Below the pieces are notes generated by a model. That model saw nothing but the letters and a program-made list of their open reading frames with translations. It had not been told where the DNA came from and did no database searches. Below, piece by piece: positions 50,954 to 62,072 of a stretch of 64,000 nt of DNA. Numbering within the stretch: position 1 is the stretch's first letter; every line of letters starts with the position of its first letter. Position numbers and translations under genes: made by a program. Origin of the DNA: a virus; IMG/VR virus record IMGVR_UViG_3300023296_000994, one strand, 5' to 3'.

Positions 50954-53116
50954 TTATGATTTTGACTTAAAACAATTTTGCATAGCGGTACTGTATGTCA
51001 ATGTATTGTTTGTTTTGCCGGTTGCACCAGCCTTCGACCTGTAACTTTTCTTACCTATATCTATTGTATTACCATCCGAATCTATAGCGTATACAAACAC
51101 TGTTTTGCCTGTTATATTACCTTCGGAATCTTTACTGAATTCATCAGTTTCACTTAATCTAAATTTCTGCTTAAATTCGTCAGTACTACCTACGCCAATA
51201 CATTGACGTAGTATATCACCATTTACTTCTACCCCACCCATATTAATATCAAGGGCCTCACCAGCTATAGTACTTGAATCACCGGGAACATAGTTCTTTG
51301 TCGGATAATCCATTAAATCCAAATGAAATCCTCTAATACTTTCTTCTGCTTCCATTAACACTCCGACTTGGATTAGTTTATTCCCTACCTTTACCATAGT
51401 TTTATTTAATTCATTGACACGTTTACGCTGTAATGAAACCACACGTTTGCGTTGAACAGACAAATTTGATTTTACATCAATACCACCTGTATCTGGATGT
51501 AATGCTTGATACGCGAGGCCGATCTTGTTTATAACTTTAACATCCAAAGCCTTGCCATTACCCCCTGCAACCAATGACTGAATCATTCTGTATTTATCTT
51601 GTATCGAAAGCTGCTTAGCGCTTTTTCCAGAGGGTGCCAATAACTTATATTGATCTTTTATACCGGTTTTACCTATTATAGCCGCATCAATATTCTTTTT
51701 AATTGTCCCTTTATCGTTTTTTATAATACCCAATTGGACAGTTAATGGTAATTCTATCAATCTAGCAGCCATCGGAGTCGCCTGCTTGGTATAATTAGCT
51801 TCTATTTTAGATATCTTATTTGAATACGAAGTAACAATTGATTTCAATTTTTGCTTAACTGCCTTATTAGTTTTGATTTCACTTATATAATCTTTATAGT
51901 TTTCGCCTTCTTGGTTCAAGGTAGAATTATCCTGTATGTCACCTGTGGTAGTCTTATCTGAATGAAATTGAACTAATAGATTATTATTTTTATCCATAGC
52001 GAACGTAGCAGTATCAGACGGGTTCGTTCCGCTTCCACCTGCATTTATAAATTCAACTATATCTTCCTTATCCACCTTAGTTCCATTGGGTAATATAACG
52101 GTGTTAGCGTCAGCAACAGCCTTTACCTGAGATTCAATTGATTCAGATGAACCATAGTAAGTTTTTACTGTATCTATGGTACCAAAAAGTCCCTTGGATC
52201 GTAACGATTTAGCTCTATTAACAGTGTTATTAAACTTTACTTTCGCAGAACGACTTGCTACAATGCATTTACTATACAGATTAGGGTTATCTATATTATT
52301 TGGTATTTCACTTTTTTTAATGCCCGAAGTAGCCTTCTGTTCCTTACCAAGTTCACTATCCTTATAAGTGTCGTACATAGTTTGTGCCAAATCTTCGGTA
52401 GTCATTTCGTCATTATTCATTAATAAATGGACACCTTCACCAGACGCTATTTCATTAAACGCGCTTCCTGGTCCTCCAGGGGCCGGCTTTTTACCTGTAT
52501 TCTTTTCGTAATTAGCAATTCCATATTCAATTACATCTCGTTTTACATCAAAGTCATCTTCACCCGAAGTACCATGAACCTTAGTAGGTTCTTTGTCATC
52601 TTGCTTATCAGACGATTGTTCATCAGCGTCTGATCCGGGCTCAGGTGTAGTTAGTGTTTTCACAATTGCGGCTTTCCGTTCTTCACCCTCTTCCTTTTCC
52701 CTTTTTAGTCTATCGATATCCGATTCAGATCCATCATCCGTTTCTGCATCTGTATCATTGGTTGATGAACTACCACTTGGTGCCGTCTTTGTTGGTTTCT
52801 TTTCAGTATCATCTTCACCTGTTAGCTTATTGTATGCTATTTTTGCCGGATGTGCATCCGCTCTAGTTCTTGCAGACTTAGCTTTCATTTCAGTACTGGC
52901 ACCATCTTTGTCCACGTACTTTATCATTTCGTCATCTCCCACAGTACGTTCGGTGAGATGTAATATATATTCGTCAATGGCGCTTTGTGGCCACCCGTTC
53001 TGAATTAGAACTTCTCGAAACAATATTATATGAGAGTTGTTTTTTGGATCAACAACTCCATCATTTACTCTGTATTCCCAGTCGCGAATCAGTCTATGGA
53101 TATTAGTGTTTATCAT
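50954..53116 (-). CDS. Large hypothetical protein, probably virion-internal
   Basis: N-terminal W.YRV.DG..DPKN..H leader ending in LTE, followed by an acidic linker. Confidence 0.65.
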   Translation of the reverse strand: MINTNIHRLIRDWEYRVNDGVVDPKNNSHIILFREVLIQNGWPQSAIDEYILHLTERTVGDDEMIKYVDKDGASTEMKAKSARTRADAHPAKIAYNKLTGEDDTEKKPTKTAPSGSSSTNDTDAETDDGSESDIDRLKREKEEGEERKAAIVKTLTTPEPGSDADEQSSDKQDDKEPTKVHGTSGEDDFDVKRDVIEYGIANYEKNTGKKPAPGGPGSAFNEIASGEGVHLLMNNDEMTTEDLAQTMYDTYKDSELGKEQKATSGIKKSEIPNNIDNPNLYSKCIVASRSAKVKFNNTVNRAKSLRSKGLFGTIDTVKTYYGSSESIESQVKAVADANTVILPNGTKVDKEDIVEFINAGGSGTNPSDTATFAMDKNNNLLVQFHSDKTTTGDIQDNSTLNQEGENYKDYISEIKTNKAVKQKLKSIVTSYSNKISKIEANYTKQATPMAARLIELPLTVQLGIIKNDKGTIKKNIDAAIIGKTGIKDQYKLLAPSGKSAKQLSIQDKYRMIQSLVAGGNGKALDVKVINKIGLAYQALHPDTGGIDVKSNLSVQRKRVVSLQRKRVNELNKTMVKVGNKLIQVGVLMEAEESIRGFHLDLMDYPTKNYVPGDSSTIAGEALDINMGGVEVNGDILRQCIGVGSTDEFKQKFRLSETDEFSKDSEGNITGKTVFVYAIDSDGNTIDIGKKSYRSKAGATGKTNNTLTYSTAMQNCFKSKS

Positions 53117-53117
53117 T

Positions 53118-54146
53118 TCAATTGTCTGCCTTCATATAGCCATAATGATTTCCTACACTACATCGCGATGGGAATTGCAATTTTGACTTAATAAGTTCTT
53201 TGATATAAATATCAGTCTTTTTCGTATCAAAGAGAAATGAATCATACGTATACAATACTAATTTGGATTCTAACGGAGATAATATATCAAATAATTCAGT
53301 CAAAATCAACACATTCATTTCGGTTTCATATGCCTGGATGAGATAGTTGAATAGTTTTCGTGGATTCATGTCATCAAAATTATCACCACTTAATCTACGT
53401 TCTGCAATCGGTGTTTCAATATACCCGTTCGATATGTACGATACCCATAGACGTTCAATATATTCATCGATTAACTTAAAAAAGGTTACGTTACTATATT
53501 CATCGGCAATTCCACCATATAACATTGTAAATGATATTGATTTGGATTGCTTATATTCATCATCAGTTATATCGTCCTTATCATAGTATAACTTAGCCAT
53601 GTGTGTATGAAAACTATCATCGGGTGCATCATATTCAATAAGAGTGGATATCAAACGTAAGTGATATGCATCGTAATCAAATTCAATAAGCTTTCCACCT
53701 TCAAACCTGGATTTAAATCTAGTTCGTGACCCATCATCTTTATTTAAAGCGGCGTAATTTACCCCTCCGTTGGAATTGGATGGGCGGCCGGTTTTTGTAT
53801 ATATGTTATAATGAGTATGCTCATATCCATCTGGAGTATATAATCCAGAGTCTTCTATCTTTCTAAAATATGGAATTAACTTATTTTTGTAAAATAACCA
53901 CGGCGTTGAAGTAGTAAGATTGTCATCAGCTATGGTAGAATAATAGCTCTGTAGTAGTGTGAGACGCTCCCTGTGCTTACATAAAGGTATAATCATGTCT
54001 ACATCGGTTCGCTTCCAATACAACCGTTTGTAGAACGAATGAGCATCGGTTTCAATAGTATCAACGTCAAAGGCACTATTATATTTCAGATAATGAGTTA
54101 ACTGTATATCGTCACATATAGATCGTATTTCGCTGATGACTCCCAT
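53118..54146 (-). CDS. Compact family A DNA polymerase-like protein
   Basis: TGRPSN, FDYDAYHLR, K..SF..LYGG, NY.IQ, YDS. Confidence 0.8.
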   Translation of the reverse strand: MGVISEIRSICDDIQLTHYLKYNSAFDVDTIETDAHSFYKRLYWKRTDVDMIIPLCKHRERLTLLQSYYSTIADDNLTTSTPWLFYKNKLIPYFRKIEDSGLYTPDGYEHTHYNIYTKTGRPSNSNGGVNYAALNKDDGSRTRFKSRFEGGKLIEFDYDAYHLRLISTLIEYDAPDDSFHTHMAKLYYDKDDITDDEYKQSKSISFTMLYGGIADEYSNVTFFKLIDEYIERLWVSYISNGYIETPIAERRLSGDNFDDMNPRKLFNYLIQAYETEMNVLILTELFDILSPLESKLVLYTYDSFLFDTKKTDIYIKELIKSKLQFPSRCSVGNHYGYMKADN

Positions 54147-54197
54147 GGTTTGTAAATATAGGCATATTAATCGGTTAAACCAAGCGCTTTATGAAAA

Positions 54198-54671
54198 TTA
54201 TCGTCTTGGGATTCGACCTGGCGCCAATGATTCACCACCTATACGACCTATACGTACATCTACATCAGATGCATTAAATTGTAATGGATTATTCAAATGT
54301 AGCTTAAGACCAGGTAGCTGTACATTAAGTCTATGTATTTCAGATATATTTCTATCCTTTGCTGACGTAGTTCCAATCGTATACGGTGCAACCAAATTAG
54401 ATGTATCAGATAAAAACCACTTTAACGTACCTCGAAAATATAACCCCTTTGATAACTTACTGAATTTAGTGTTGTAAAATTTCTTACTAACTTCAATCGG
54501 ATTCGAATCATATCTTTTAACAAAATATCGATCCATTTGACCATTGGTATAATCTGTATCAGATGGTATTGGATAATATGAAATTACTTCTGAAAGGTAT
54601 TGAGATCCAGCAAGTATTTTATCTTTATTTTTAGTAAAGAACATTTTTAATTCTCTGTCGGTGATAATCAT
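54198..54671 (-). CDS. Hypothetical protein (tail region)
   Basis: P.P...DY..G...RYF motif. Confidence 0.6.
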   Translation of the reverse strand: MIITDRELKMFFTKNKDKILAGSQYLSEVISYYPIPSDTDYTNGQMDRYFVKRYDSNPIEVSKKFYNTKFSKLSKGLYFRGTLKWFLSDTSNLVAPYTIGTTSAKDRNISEIHRLNVQLPGLKLHLNNPLQFNASDVDVRIGRIGGESLAPGRIPRR

Positions 54672-57076
54672 TGTACTTTTCCTGATGGTTTAGGTGTACG
54701 TTTGTATATTTTATATAACAATCCAACTACGCTGGCGCCTGCAGCTACGGCTGATCCTACACCAGCAGCCTGTCCGTTTGTTCTTAAATCCATTAGTTGT
54801 TTAAGTCGATTTCTCCGGCGCGGTGCCATTGGAGCTTGAGCAGTAGTATTTTTCCCGCTTCGTAGGTCGAAATCTAAGTCAACGTCATTAATATAATCTG
54901 CAAAGAAATTAGCATCTTCTATGTATTTGATGCGAACTGCTGGCTTGTGTCTTAGCAGTGTACTAATATTAGTTTCCCATTTAGTAGTATCAATTGTGTG
55001 TGATACTTCATTACATTGAAACAATGTATTAGCTTTATATCTGTCTGGAAGCCATCCTCCTTCATTAATACCTTCTACTGTAAATGAATTACCCATGTAA
55101 ATTCCAGTGATTCCCGGTGTTACAATTGACAATTGAAGGCTTGCCAGAGGCTTGAAATCTAATCCGTCAGTACTATTCTTAAATTTATTAACAAGATTAA
55201 CAAGTGACGATTTTGCTGCACCTTTTTTATGTCCTGAATTTATGTATATGTATACATCGTTGAAATATTCAAGTACTGGATTTATTTCACCGGCCGCTTC
55301 GTTTGACTGATCTATTGTTATTAAATCAGGTGTGGCATTAGTAGTCGTAGGTGGTATTTTATTTCTAAGTTTATCCACTATTATCTGGTCGTTGTTATGA
55401 CCGTACAATGTGAAAAAAGATCCATCTTTTAATTCAGTAGAATATGATGCTCCAAGTGAAGAAGCGTACGCTGCAGATGCTAATCTATCGGATAGATTAG
55501 TTGTCATGTTAAGGCTCTTTAAGAACGGACGCTTAATAGTAAAGTCAAGTAACGCGTTTTTTGATTTTATCAAATCAATTATATCTGCGTTGATGCAATT
55601 AGTATCATATACGGCAAGGCCTGTTTGGTCATATGGTTTCCCGGCCATTGAAAATTCCCAAAGATTACCACATGATTCATTAATTCCACTTAACAGTCGA
55701 TTGATAAAATCATTTAAGCGTGGGTTATTACCAAGTGAATTATATATACGTTCAATATAAGAAACATTAACGGCAATATTTCGTAAATATCCTCTCTTTG
55801 GATTACCTGGAACAGTAAAATCTGCAAACTTGTAATCTATTGGCTCTGGTGGGCCAGCGGCCGATGTTTCTGGTGAAAGTACACGTTGGTATGGATATAT
55901 ATTGTGTTCTTTGTTTACATAGTTTTTACTACTATTTTTAATAACTGGTGTGGATGCTCCGGCAATATCAACCGTTTGAGTCTGAGGCATGAATTCTTGT
56001 CCAGGTAACATACATACATCTAAGTCACATGATCTTAATTCAGTAAAGTTTAATATTTGATTTGATTCTACACGTGCTTCACTTTCATTATATATTCTAC
56101 TATTTATCGGAGTATTTATATACGCTAATAAATAATCTTCGATAAATCCCCAAGTTACAAACATTCTATATTTAGCTGATACCGTTACTTCGCCGGGGAT
56201 GGAAGCCACAGAACCAAGCTTAGTAGCTACTGTCAATGCATCATCTGAATTTTTATATAGAGTATTGTATCCATCGCCGCGGAAATTAAGACCCGGTTTC
56301 TTTTTCATTTCGCCATGAGGGGCATCAGGATTGCGCCAATTGCCGCCCCACTCCATTCCGTTATTTAAATAGGCTCGGCCCAATGCTACCCAAAATGGGT
56401 GGTCTAAATTGGGCGGATATATTTCATCTATGGTTGCGCCGCGCGGGAGTTGTATAGCAATATCCACCGCTTGGGCAGCCGGCTTTCCTTTTGAATTTAC
56501 AAAGTTATGATACCCAAAATTTACTTGAGTATTCGGACCTTTATTGAGATGTTCCTGCCGAGCCGTACTTCTGTAAGTTTCCATTATTCTAGGATTAAAT
56601 CCTTGATTTTTCATTTCGGTTATCACCTTCACCACGGCTTGTTTTGTTACCGGATGTAATAAATCTAATGAAGTTTGAGATTTAGTTACATTTTCAGTGG
56701 TAGGTGTATTATTTGCAGGTGCTGTAGTCGTACTACTGTCAGGCCCAGAAGTTTCAGGCGATGAATAATTTGATGCTGGTTCTTTATTATCAGTATCAGT
56801 ATTCGTGTCATTGTATGGTAGATATAACGTTAATCCCTGTACAGTATCATCTTCATCGAGTATTATATATTTATCGGTAGCACTAAGAGTATCAGAGTTA
56901 GTACGGTTGTTTGATATATTACCATTATCTACGTATCGGTATCTATAATATACATCTTTTTCCGTAAGTATGGCTTCTGCTGCTACTTTGGTGAAAAATC
57001 GATTGGGATCATCTATACCCAAATCACTATCGTATGGATAGTTAATATGATATAATATTTTTTTTATGTCGTCCAT
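54668..57076 (-). CDS. Baseplate hub-like protein with an inserted M15 peptidase
   Basis: ETYRS..RQ, GYHN, AVD, WGGNW..PD.PH.E; C-terminal GITGI..G..F...LP.RY...F....VSH.I....W.T. Confidence 0.7.
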   Translation of the reverse strand: MDDIKKILYHINYPYDSDLGIDDPNRFFTKVAAEAILTEKDVYYRYRYVDNGNISNNRTNSDTLSATDKYIILDEDDTVQGLTLYLPYNDTNTDTDNKEPASNYSSPETSGPDSSTTTAPANNTPTTENVTKSQTSLDLLHPVTKQAVVKVITEMKNQGFNPRIMETYRSTARQEHLNKGPNTQVNFGYHNFVNSKGKPAAQAVDIAIQLPRGATIDEIYPPNLDHPFWVALGRAYLNNGMEWGGNWRNPDAPHGEMKKKPGLNFRGDGYNTLYKNSDDALTVATKLGSVASIPGEVTVSAKYRMFVTWGFIEDYLLAYINTPINSRIYNESEARVESNQILNFTELRSCDLDVCMLPGQEFMPQTQTVDIAGASTPVIKNSSKNYVNKEHNIYPYQRVLSPETSAAGPPEPIDYKFADFTVPGNPKRGYLRNIAVNVSYIERIYNSLGNNPRLNDFINRLLSGINESCGNLWEFSMAGKPYDQTGLAVYDTNCINADIIDLIKSKNALLDFTIKRPFLKSLNMTTNLSDRLASAAYASSLGASYSTELKDGSFFTLYGHNNDQIIVDKLRNKIPPTTTNATPDLITIDQSNEAAGEINPVLEYFNDVYIYINSGHKKGAAKSSLVNLVNKFKNSTDGLDFKPLASLQLSIVTPGITGIYMGNSFTVEGINEGGWLPDRYKANTLFQCNEVSHTIDTTKWETNISTLLRHKPAVRIKYIEDANFFADYINDVDLDFDLRSGKNTTAQAPMAPRRRNRLKQLMDLRTNGQAAGVGSAVAAGASVVGLLYKIYKRTPKPSGKVQ

Positions 57077-57100
57077 TTATATTCTAATTTAAAAACCAAC

Positions 57101-58072
57101 TCAATTACCATCTTCTTTTGGGATAGGGTCTAGACCCATGGTCGCCAATTCTTCCGGAGATATTAATCGGCCTGGGTCAACAAATCGATTGTCTAATCCA
57201 TTATTATTAGAATCATCGGGGGCGACGCCTATTGCGTTACCATTGATAATCAATTCACCTGGTAAAATTGCATCCTTACTTTCATAAAGAGAAGGAGTTT
57301 TAATTGGTATTATGTCAGGCAAATAATTAGTCGTGATAGGACGCTCCGCTAAAAAATAGGACGGTGCAATCAATTCTATATTGGCTATATATCCGCCGCC
57401 TTCGCGGCCTGAATATTGAAAACTATATATTACCCCCAGCATAGCACCGTATTTACCAGCGGTATTGTCATCGGGTCCTAAATTACTAGCCAAGAGTTCA
57501 TTTAATGGACTATCGACCGATAATATTTTTTTAAGTATTTTATCTTGAATTAACGGCTGTGTATCAGTATCTAATATATTAAGTAATCCACCATCATAGT
57601 CACTCCACCCCCATTCTAATACACATGATACACCTGGAACCATATAAAATTTTTCAATTAATTCAAGGTCTTTTTCATATGGTATAGTTATTGAAATAGA
57701 TGCTTTTTGAATTGAACCTAATTTACCTTTTTGACCTATAGATACGTTGGTTATTCCTGGACGTGGTGTATTACGTCTTGCATATGAATATTGTGTTCCA
57801 GCTTCTTCAGTTGACCAGCCGGATAATTTACGTGTGTATGGTGTTAATCCTTCACTCTTTACTACATCACCCTGTAATACCCAGTCCTTTGCATGTAGTT
57901 CATCATTAGTTTCAGAATCATATACATTCTTAGCATTGGATGTAAGCCGCATCCAAGGCGTTTTCTGATGAATAGATGGGTCTTTGCTCGCATACTTACG
58001 TTCTTCAATATCAATTCTATTTCTGATATTGGCGTGAATAGGATCTAAAAATACACCTCTTATACCACTCAT
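57101..58072 (-). CDS. Baseplate hub N-terminal-type protein
   Basis: PWMRLTS, PRPGIT, PG.S..LEWGWS, Y.AMLG.I..F. Confidence 0.6.
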   Translation of the reverse strand: MSGIRGVFLDPIHANIRNRIDIEERKYASKDPSIHQKTPWMRLTSNAKNVYDSETNDELHAKDWVLQGDVVKSEGLTPYTRKLSGWSTEEAGTQYSYARRNTPRPGITNVSIGQKGKLGSIQKASISITIPYEKDLELIEKFYMVPGVSCVLEWGWSDYDGGLLNILDTDTQPLIQDKILKKILSVDSPLNELLASNLGPDDNTAGKYGAMLGVIYSFQYSGREGGGYIANIELIAPSYFLAERPITTNYLPDIIPIKTPSLYESKDAILPGELIINGNAIGVAPDDSNNNGLDNRFVDPGRLISPEELATMGLDPIPKEDGN

Positions 58073-58407
58073 ACTTGATTTTCATTTAATTTATCTTTAA
58101 ACGATTGGATGTCGGCCGGGATTCTTAATTGGATTCCCGGTGTAACGAATAGACTACCTTTACCCATACTATTAGCAAGTGCTATTATCCACCATAAAGA
58201 CATATCACTATAATATTTATCTGCCAATAAATCTAATCTATCGGTAGATTTAGAAATTATATATAAATCATTATTACTACGATCAGTTGCTGAATATAGT
58301 GTTGACTCCCTCATTTGAGGTGACTTATTTAACCCGGCTAGTTGATTGGGTATTTTAGGTTCTTTACCTATATACTTTTTTATCTTTGTGTATTGATATC
58401 TGGACAT
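58069..58407 (-). CDS. LysM/gp53-like baseplate protein
   Basis: DRLDLLA.KYY.D.SLWWIIA.AN...G.QLRIP. Confidence 0.8.
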   Translation of the reverse strand: MSRYQYTKIKKYIGKEPKIPNQLAGLNKSPQMRESTLYSATDRSNNDLYIISKSTDRLDLLADKYYSDMSLWWIIALANSMGKGSLFVTPGIQLRIPADIQSFKDKLNENQV

Positions 58408-58414
58408 GGTATTA

Positions 58415-59926
58415 TCAGTTTGTTAGTCCGCCTGGCAATCCCAGCGTACTTCCACCAGAAACGGAATCTATGGTTGTAATTGGTGATACTGTTGGTGTTT
58501 CCAATAAAAAATCAGAATCGGAATATGATCTGAATCCCTGGTTGTCGGTTGGTATAGTATTGTGAATAAATTGGAATCCTATATTTACACTGGCCGCTTT
58601 AGGTAATGCATTTCTAATTCGTTTTGTATTTGTATCATCAAACCCCAAATCAAACGGTATATCTGTGTTAGGAGATATGTTAAGTGAACTTATAAATCCA
58701 AGTTGCCCCTTATATAGTTCACCAATTGTTAATTTAATTAATGGTCCTATCATCCTATTTGTATCAGTCATTTTTGGCATTGTTAGCTTTGATAAAAAGT
58801 CAAGCTTTCGAAACATTGCTTTCAATTCTCTTGGATGATGTACATATACTTCAAATGTGAATGCAAGTGATCTATCCATGCCAGTATAGTTATATACCTT
58901 ATCAGGGCGGCCTAGATATTGATAAGATTCCCAAGACGGACTAAATGAATCTGCTATTCCTGATATTGTTCCTCTGAATACTGATTTGTTTCCTCCTAAC
59001 CTATCGAATCCAATGGGAATTAAATCACTGTTATTTAGGGTGTTTTGGTATAGATCTTCATCCACATATATGCCATCAATATCAGTTTGCTTCTTAATTC
59101 CAAAAAATTCTTTAATTGTATTTGATGTGGCATACGAATCAGTTTTTCTAGTATCCAATATTCCTACCCCTGGGATGGCTGGTATTAAATCGGATAGCTT
59201 TTTATTATTATATCCAACAGGCGGTGGTAATCTAAAGTCCCTCCCTGCTTTCTTAACTTCGAAAAACGGTGGCTTAGATTTTAACGTAGCGCCTTTATCA
59301 TATGGTCTTGTTTCTTTGTATAATTGTAATATAGCTTTATTAATACCAAACTTAATTCCATTCGGTGTTAATGCAAATTTTGAAAGTCTAACTACATCGA
59401 GAGCTGCTCGTTCATCGATAGCGCCAATACCAGAACCACCTATTCCCCATCGTTGCGGTTCCTGTGATTTACCTGATCTTTGAATACCCCTTAATATAAA
59501 TGGTTCCAAACTTCCAGGTGAATCATTCCGTAAATTAAATTTACTGTATTGCCTTAATAACGGCGATTTAGAATTCTGTGTTATTGCATATTTTGTTAGT
59601 GGGCTGGTTGATATATCTGTGGTGGATACAACTGTTCCATATCTATTATTAGTACTGAATAGATTCTTTTTAAATGTTTTTATTTCCCTGCCATCCGAAT
59701 AATTTTTATGTGATACATCCGATGTAATGGTTATGTTCTTCCCTGTTGTTGTCAGTTGAACACCCTTATTAGCCGATAGAAATTGGCTAGTAGTCATATT
59801 ACGTGTAAACCCTGTTGCGTATATATCAGCTATATTGTTTACCGTTCCTGGTACAATATTAGTTGGATTACGCTTCACGTATGAATCATAATATTCTTTT
59901 AGATTTTGTTTTAGTTTTATTGGCAT
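58415..59926 (-). CDS. Tail tube initiator / baseplate protein
   Basis: FRGTI.G..DSFSPSW....Y.GR....Y.Y.G..R...F.F...LTIG. Confidence 0.65.
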   Translation of the reverse strand: MPIKLKQNLKEYYDSYVKRNPTNIVPGTVNNIADIYATGFTRNMTTSQFLSANKGVQLTTTGKNITITSDVSHKNYSDGREIKTFKKNLFSTNNRYGTVVSTTDISTSPLTKYAITQNSKSPLLRQYSKFNLRNDSPGSLEPFILRGIQRSGKSQEPQRWGIGGSGIGAIDERAALDVVRLSKFALTPNGIKFGINKAILQLYKETRPYDKGATLKSKPPFFEVKKAGRDFRLPPPVGYNNKKLSDLIPAIPGVGILDTRKTDSYATSNTIKEFFGIKKQTDIDGIYVDEDLYQNTLNNSDLIPIGFDRLGGNKSVFRGTISGIADSFSPSWESYQYLGRPDKVYNYTGMDRSLAFTFEVYVHHPRELKAMFRKLDFLSKLTMPKMTDTNRMIGPLIKLTIGELYKGQLGFISSLNISPNTDIPFDLGFDDTNTKRIRNALPKAASVNIGFQFIHNTIPTDNQGFRSYSDSDFLLETPTVSPITTIDSVSGGSTLGLPGGLTN

Positions 59927-61581
59927 TATGATAATCCTTCGGGTACACTTCGTATCGACAAGCTTTCGTTTACTTTGTCTCTGTCCAATGTAATAGTACC
60001 TGATTGACGTACAGCTACAATAAGTTCTTTTAGTAATGCGTTTGTTTCACCACTGTTACCTGACAGACTTGTGCCGCCGATTAACAAGTCATCTTTATTG
60101 AATTTAATCGGTGGTTTTCCAGGACGTAAAATGAAGTCATCTACTTCTGTAGCTTCAGCTGCTACACTATTTCTACCTTTACCTCCAAATAATCGACTTC
60201 GTGCCATACGATCAAGCGCTGGTACTATCTTTTTCAATATTGCGTCTTGTATACCAATAACTGCATCTTGAATTTTTTCTTGTGGAGTTCTAAGTTCTTC
60301 TAACTTAGCTGCTACGGCTTCAGACCCATGCGAAGCTGCTATTTCTTGCATTTCAACAGCCTTAGACAGTTCATCAAACGATAGTCCAGCTGCGGATGCG
60401 AATGCTTCCTGTTCAAGTAGATTCGCATTTCGTAGGAACGGGCCAAACTGATCTATAACCGATTGAACAGCTTTAGCAGGGTCATTTAAAGCCAATGCTC
60501 TGGTTTTATCTAAGTTGAATGATTGGCCCGTAAGTGCTTCTAGCGTAAATTGCGATTCTAATGATGAACCTATGTCCAAGAATCCAAGAGCAACTGATCT
60601 GGCACGTTCGAAGTTAATACCAATACGTTTTGTTATTGCCACTTGCTTAATCAATTCGGCAGTTTGGCCCTTATATTGCATCCTTACACCCGCTGATAAT
60701 TTGACTAAATCCTTAGTTACCGAGCGTGCATCTACTTGAATGGTATTTCTTTTATTTTCAGCATCAAGTACAGATTCCAATTGAGAATTAAATTCACTGA
60801 CGTTTTGACCTGTAGCTAGTGTATATGCAAGTAATTGCCCGGCTTCATCATTACTTAATTTGAATTGACGAGTCAACTTTGTTACGTCAGCAACCATGTA
60901 CTTAGTCACTTTGGGCATAAACCCAAGTTCACTTGACATTGCAGTTAACGTTCCCAGTTGTTGGTCACGTAGCTTACCGTTCTTCGATAGCATTAGGTTT
61001 AATCCTCTGGCGGATTTTTCCGTCACACCGAATTCCATTCTAATTCGTTGAACTTTCTTTTCATTTGCCGCGAACAATTTAAGTAGGGCAGCGGCTGCCA
61101 ATACCAATAATCCGATGCCTGTTGCTGCAATTGCCCTAGTTATCATAGCAAATGCCATTTTACCAGCATTCATAATAGCCTTAAATGAACTTAGACCAGC
61201 CATTTTATTTTTCACATACGCGTCACCCAATGCTTGCGTCATACGGCCTATGCCCTTTTCTATCTGTAACAAGTCGGCAAGCTTATCACCCATTGGTAAT
61301 CTACGTAATTGGGCATCAAGTTTCTGTGCTCCCTTAAGTAGCGGACCATTGAATATCTTAGCCTGGTCTGTAAACATATCTTTAGCTTTTGCGGCCAAAT
61401 CTACTGCTTTAGATTGTAACTTTAGCTTTTCCTTTAATAGTTCAGTTTCTTTTTTTATAAGAGCATTAAGCTGGCCTTCAGTTTCAACACCATTATTCTG
61501 AACTTTTGTCAGTAAAGTTTGAAGCTGCTCAATTTGAGATTGAATGGCCGACAGGTCATTTATTGGATTTTTTGATGGCAT
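59926..61581 (-). CDS. Tape measure protein
   Basis: Helical, Ala/Leu-rich, downstream of the tail chaperone, with a DDFI...D.L.GGT.L C-terminal motif. Confidence 0.75.
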   Translation of the reverse strand: MPSKNPINDLSAIQSQIEQLQTLLTKVQNNGVETEGQLNALIKKETELLKEKLKLQSKAVDLAAKAKDMFTDQAKIFNGPLLKGAQKLDAQLRRLPMGDKLADLLQIEKGIGRMTQALGDAYVKNKMAGLSSFKAIMNAGKMAFAMITRAIAATGIGLLVLAAAALLKLFAANEKKVQRIRMEFGVTEKSARGLNLMLSKNGKLRDQQLGTLTAMSSELGFMPKVTKYMVADVTKLTRQFKLSNDEAGQLLAYTLATGQNVSEFNSQLESVLDAENKRNTIQVDARSVTKDLVKLSAGVRMQYKGQTAELIKQVAITKRIGINFERARSVALGFLDIGSSLESQFTLEALTGQSFNLDKTRALALNDPAKAVQSVIDQFGPFLRNANLLEQEAFASAAGLSFDELSKAVEMQEIAASHGSEAVAAKLEELRTPQEKIQDAVIGIQDAILKKIVPALDRMARSRLFGGKGRNSVAAEATEVDDFILRPGKPPIKFNKDDLLIGGTSLSGNSGETNALLKELIVAVRQSGTITLDRDKVNESLSIRSVPEGLS

Positions 61582-61595
61582 CTATTCAGTCCGTA

Positions 61596-61793
61596 TTACT
61601 TACCAGCGTTCTTTAAGTCTTCTTTATATTTTTTTAAAAATTCGTCCGTACTTTGAACAAGAGCGTCTACCTCACGCTTCAAATCAGCAATTTCGGACTG
61701 TAATTCACTATCTTGCGCATCAAATTTCTTAGCTAACTTAGATGGGTTAATATCTACTAGCGAAAATATAAATCTGGTAATCAAGCTATTCAT
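61596..61793 (-). CDS. Small coiled-coil protein
   Basis: ORF downstream of the class-2 motif at 61808-61816. Confidence 0.6.
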   Translation of the reverse strand: MNSLITRFIFSLVDINPSKLAKKFDAQDSELQSEIADLKREVDALVQSTDEFLKKYKEDLKNAGK

Positions 61794-61834
61794 AGTAATT
61801 CCTTTGATATAAATATCACGGCAGGTGAATTCTA

Positions 61835-62072
61835 TTACTGCTGTGTATTAAGTAATGATTTAACAGAATCATCCATTGCTATAGATTGACCATCTTCAGT
61901 GCTGGAATTCACTTCCTCATAGAATTCTACAGACTGAGTAATATAAAACTTCCTTAGCCAAATGGGCATATTATACACATCTTGCCAAGTAAAACCACCC
62001 TTACCGTGGAATATCAGACCAAATATTTGTTGGTGCAGAATGGGCCTGTATTCAAGCCCCTGGCCAAAAAAA
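61835..62072 (-). CDS. Tail assembly chaperone frameshift extension
   Basis: LH.QIF.L..HG.GGF.W.DVY.MP.WLR.FY, with no proper start. Reached through a TTTTTTT slip. Confidence 0.7.
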
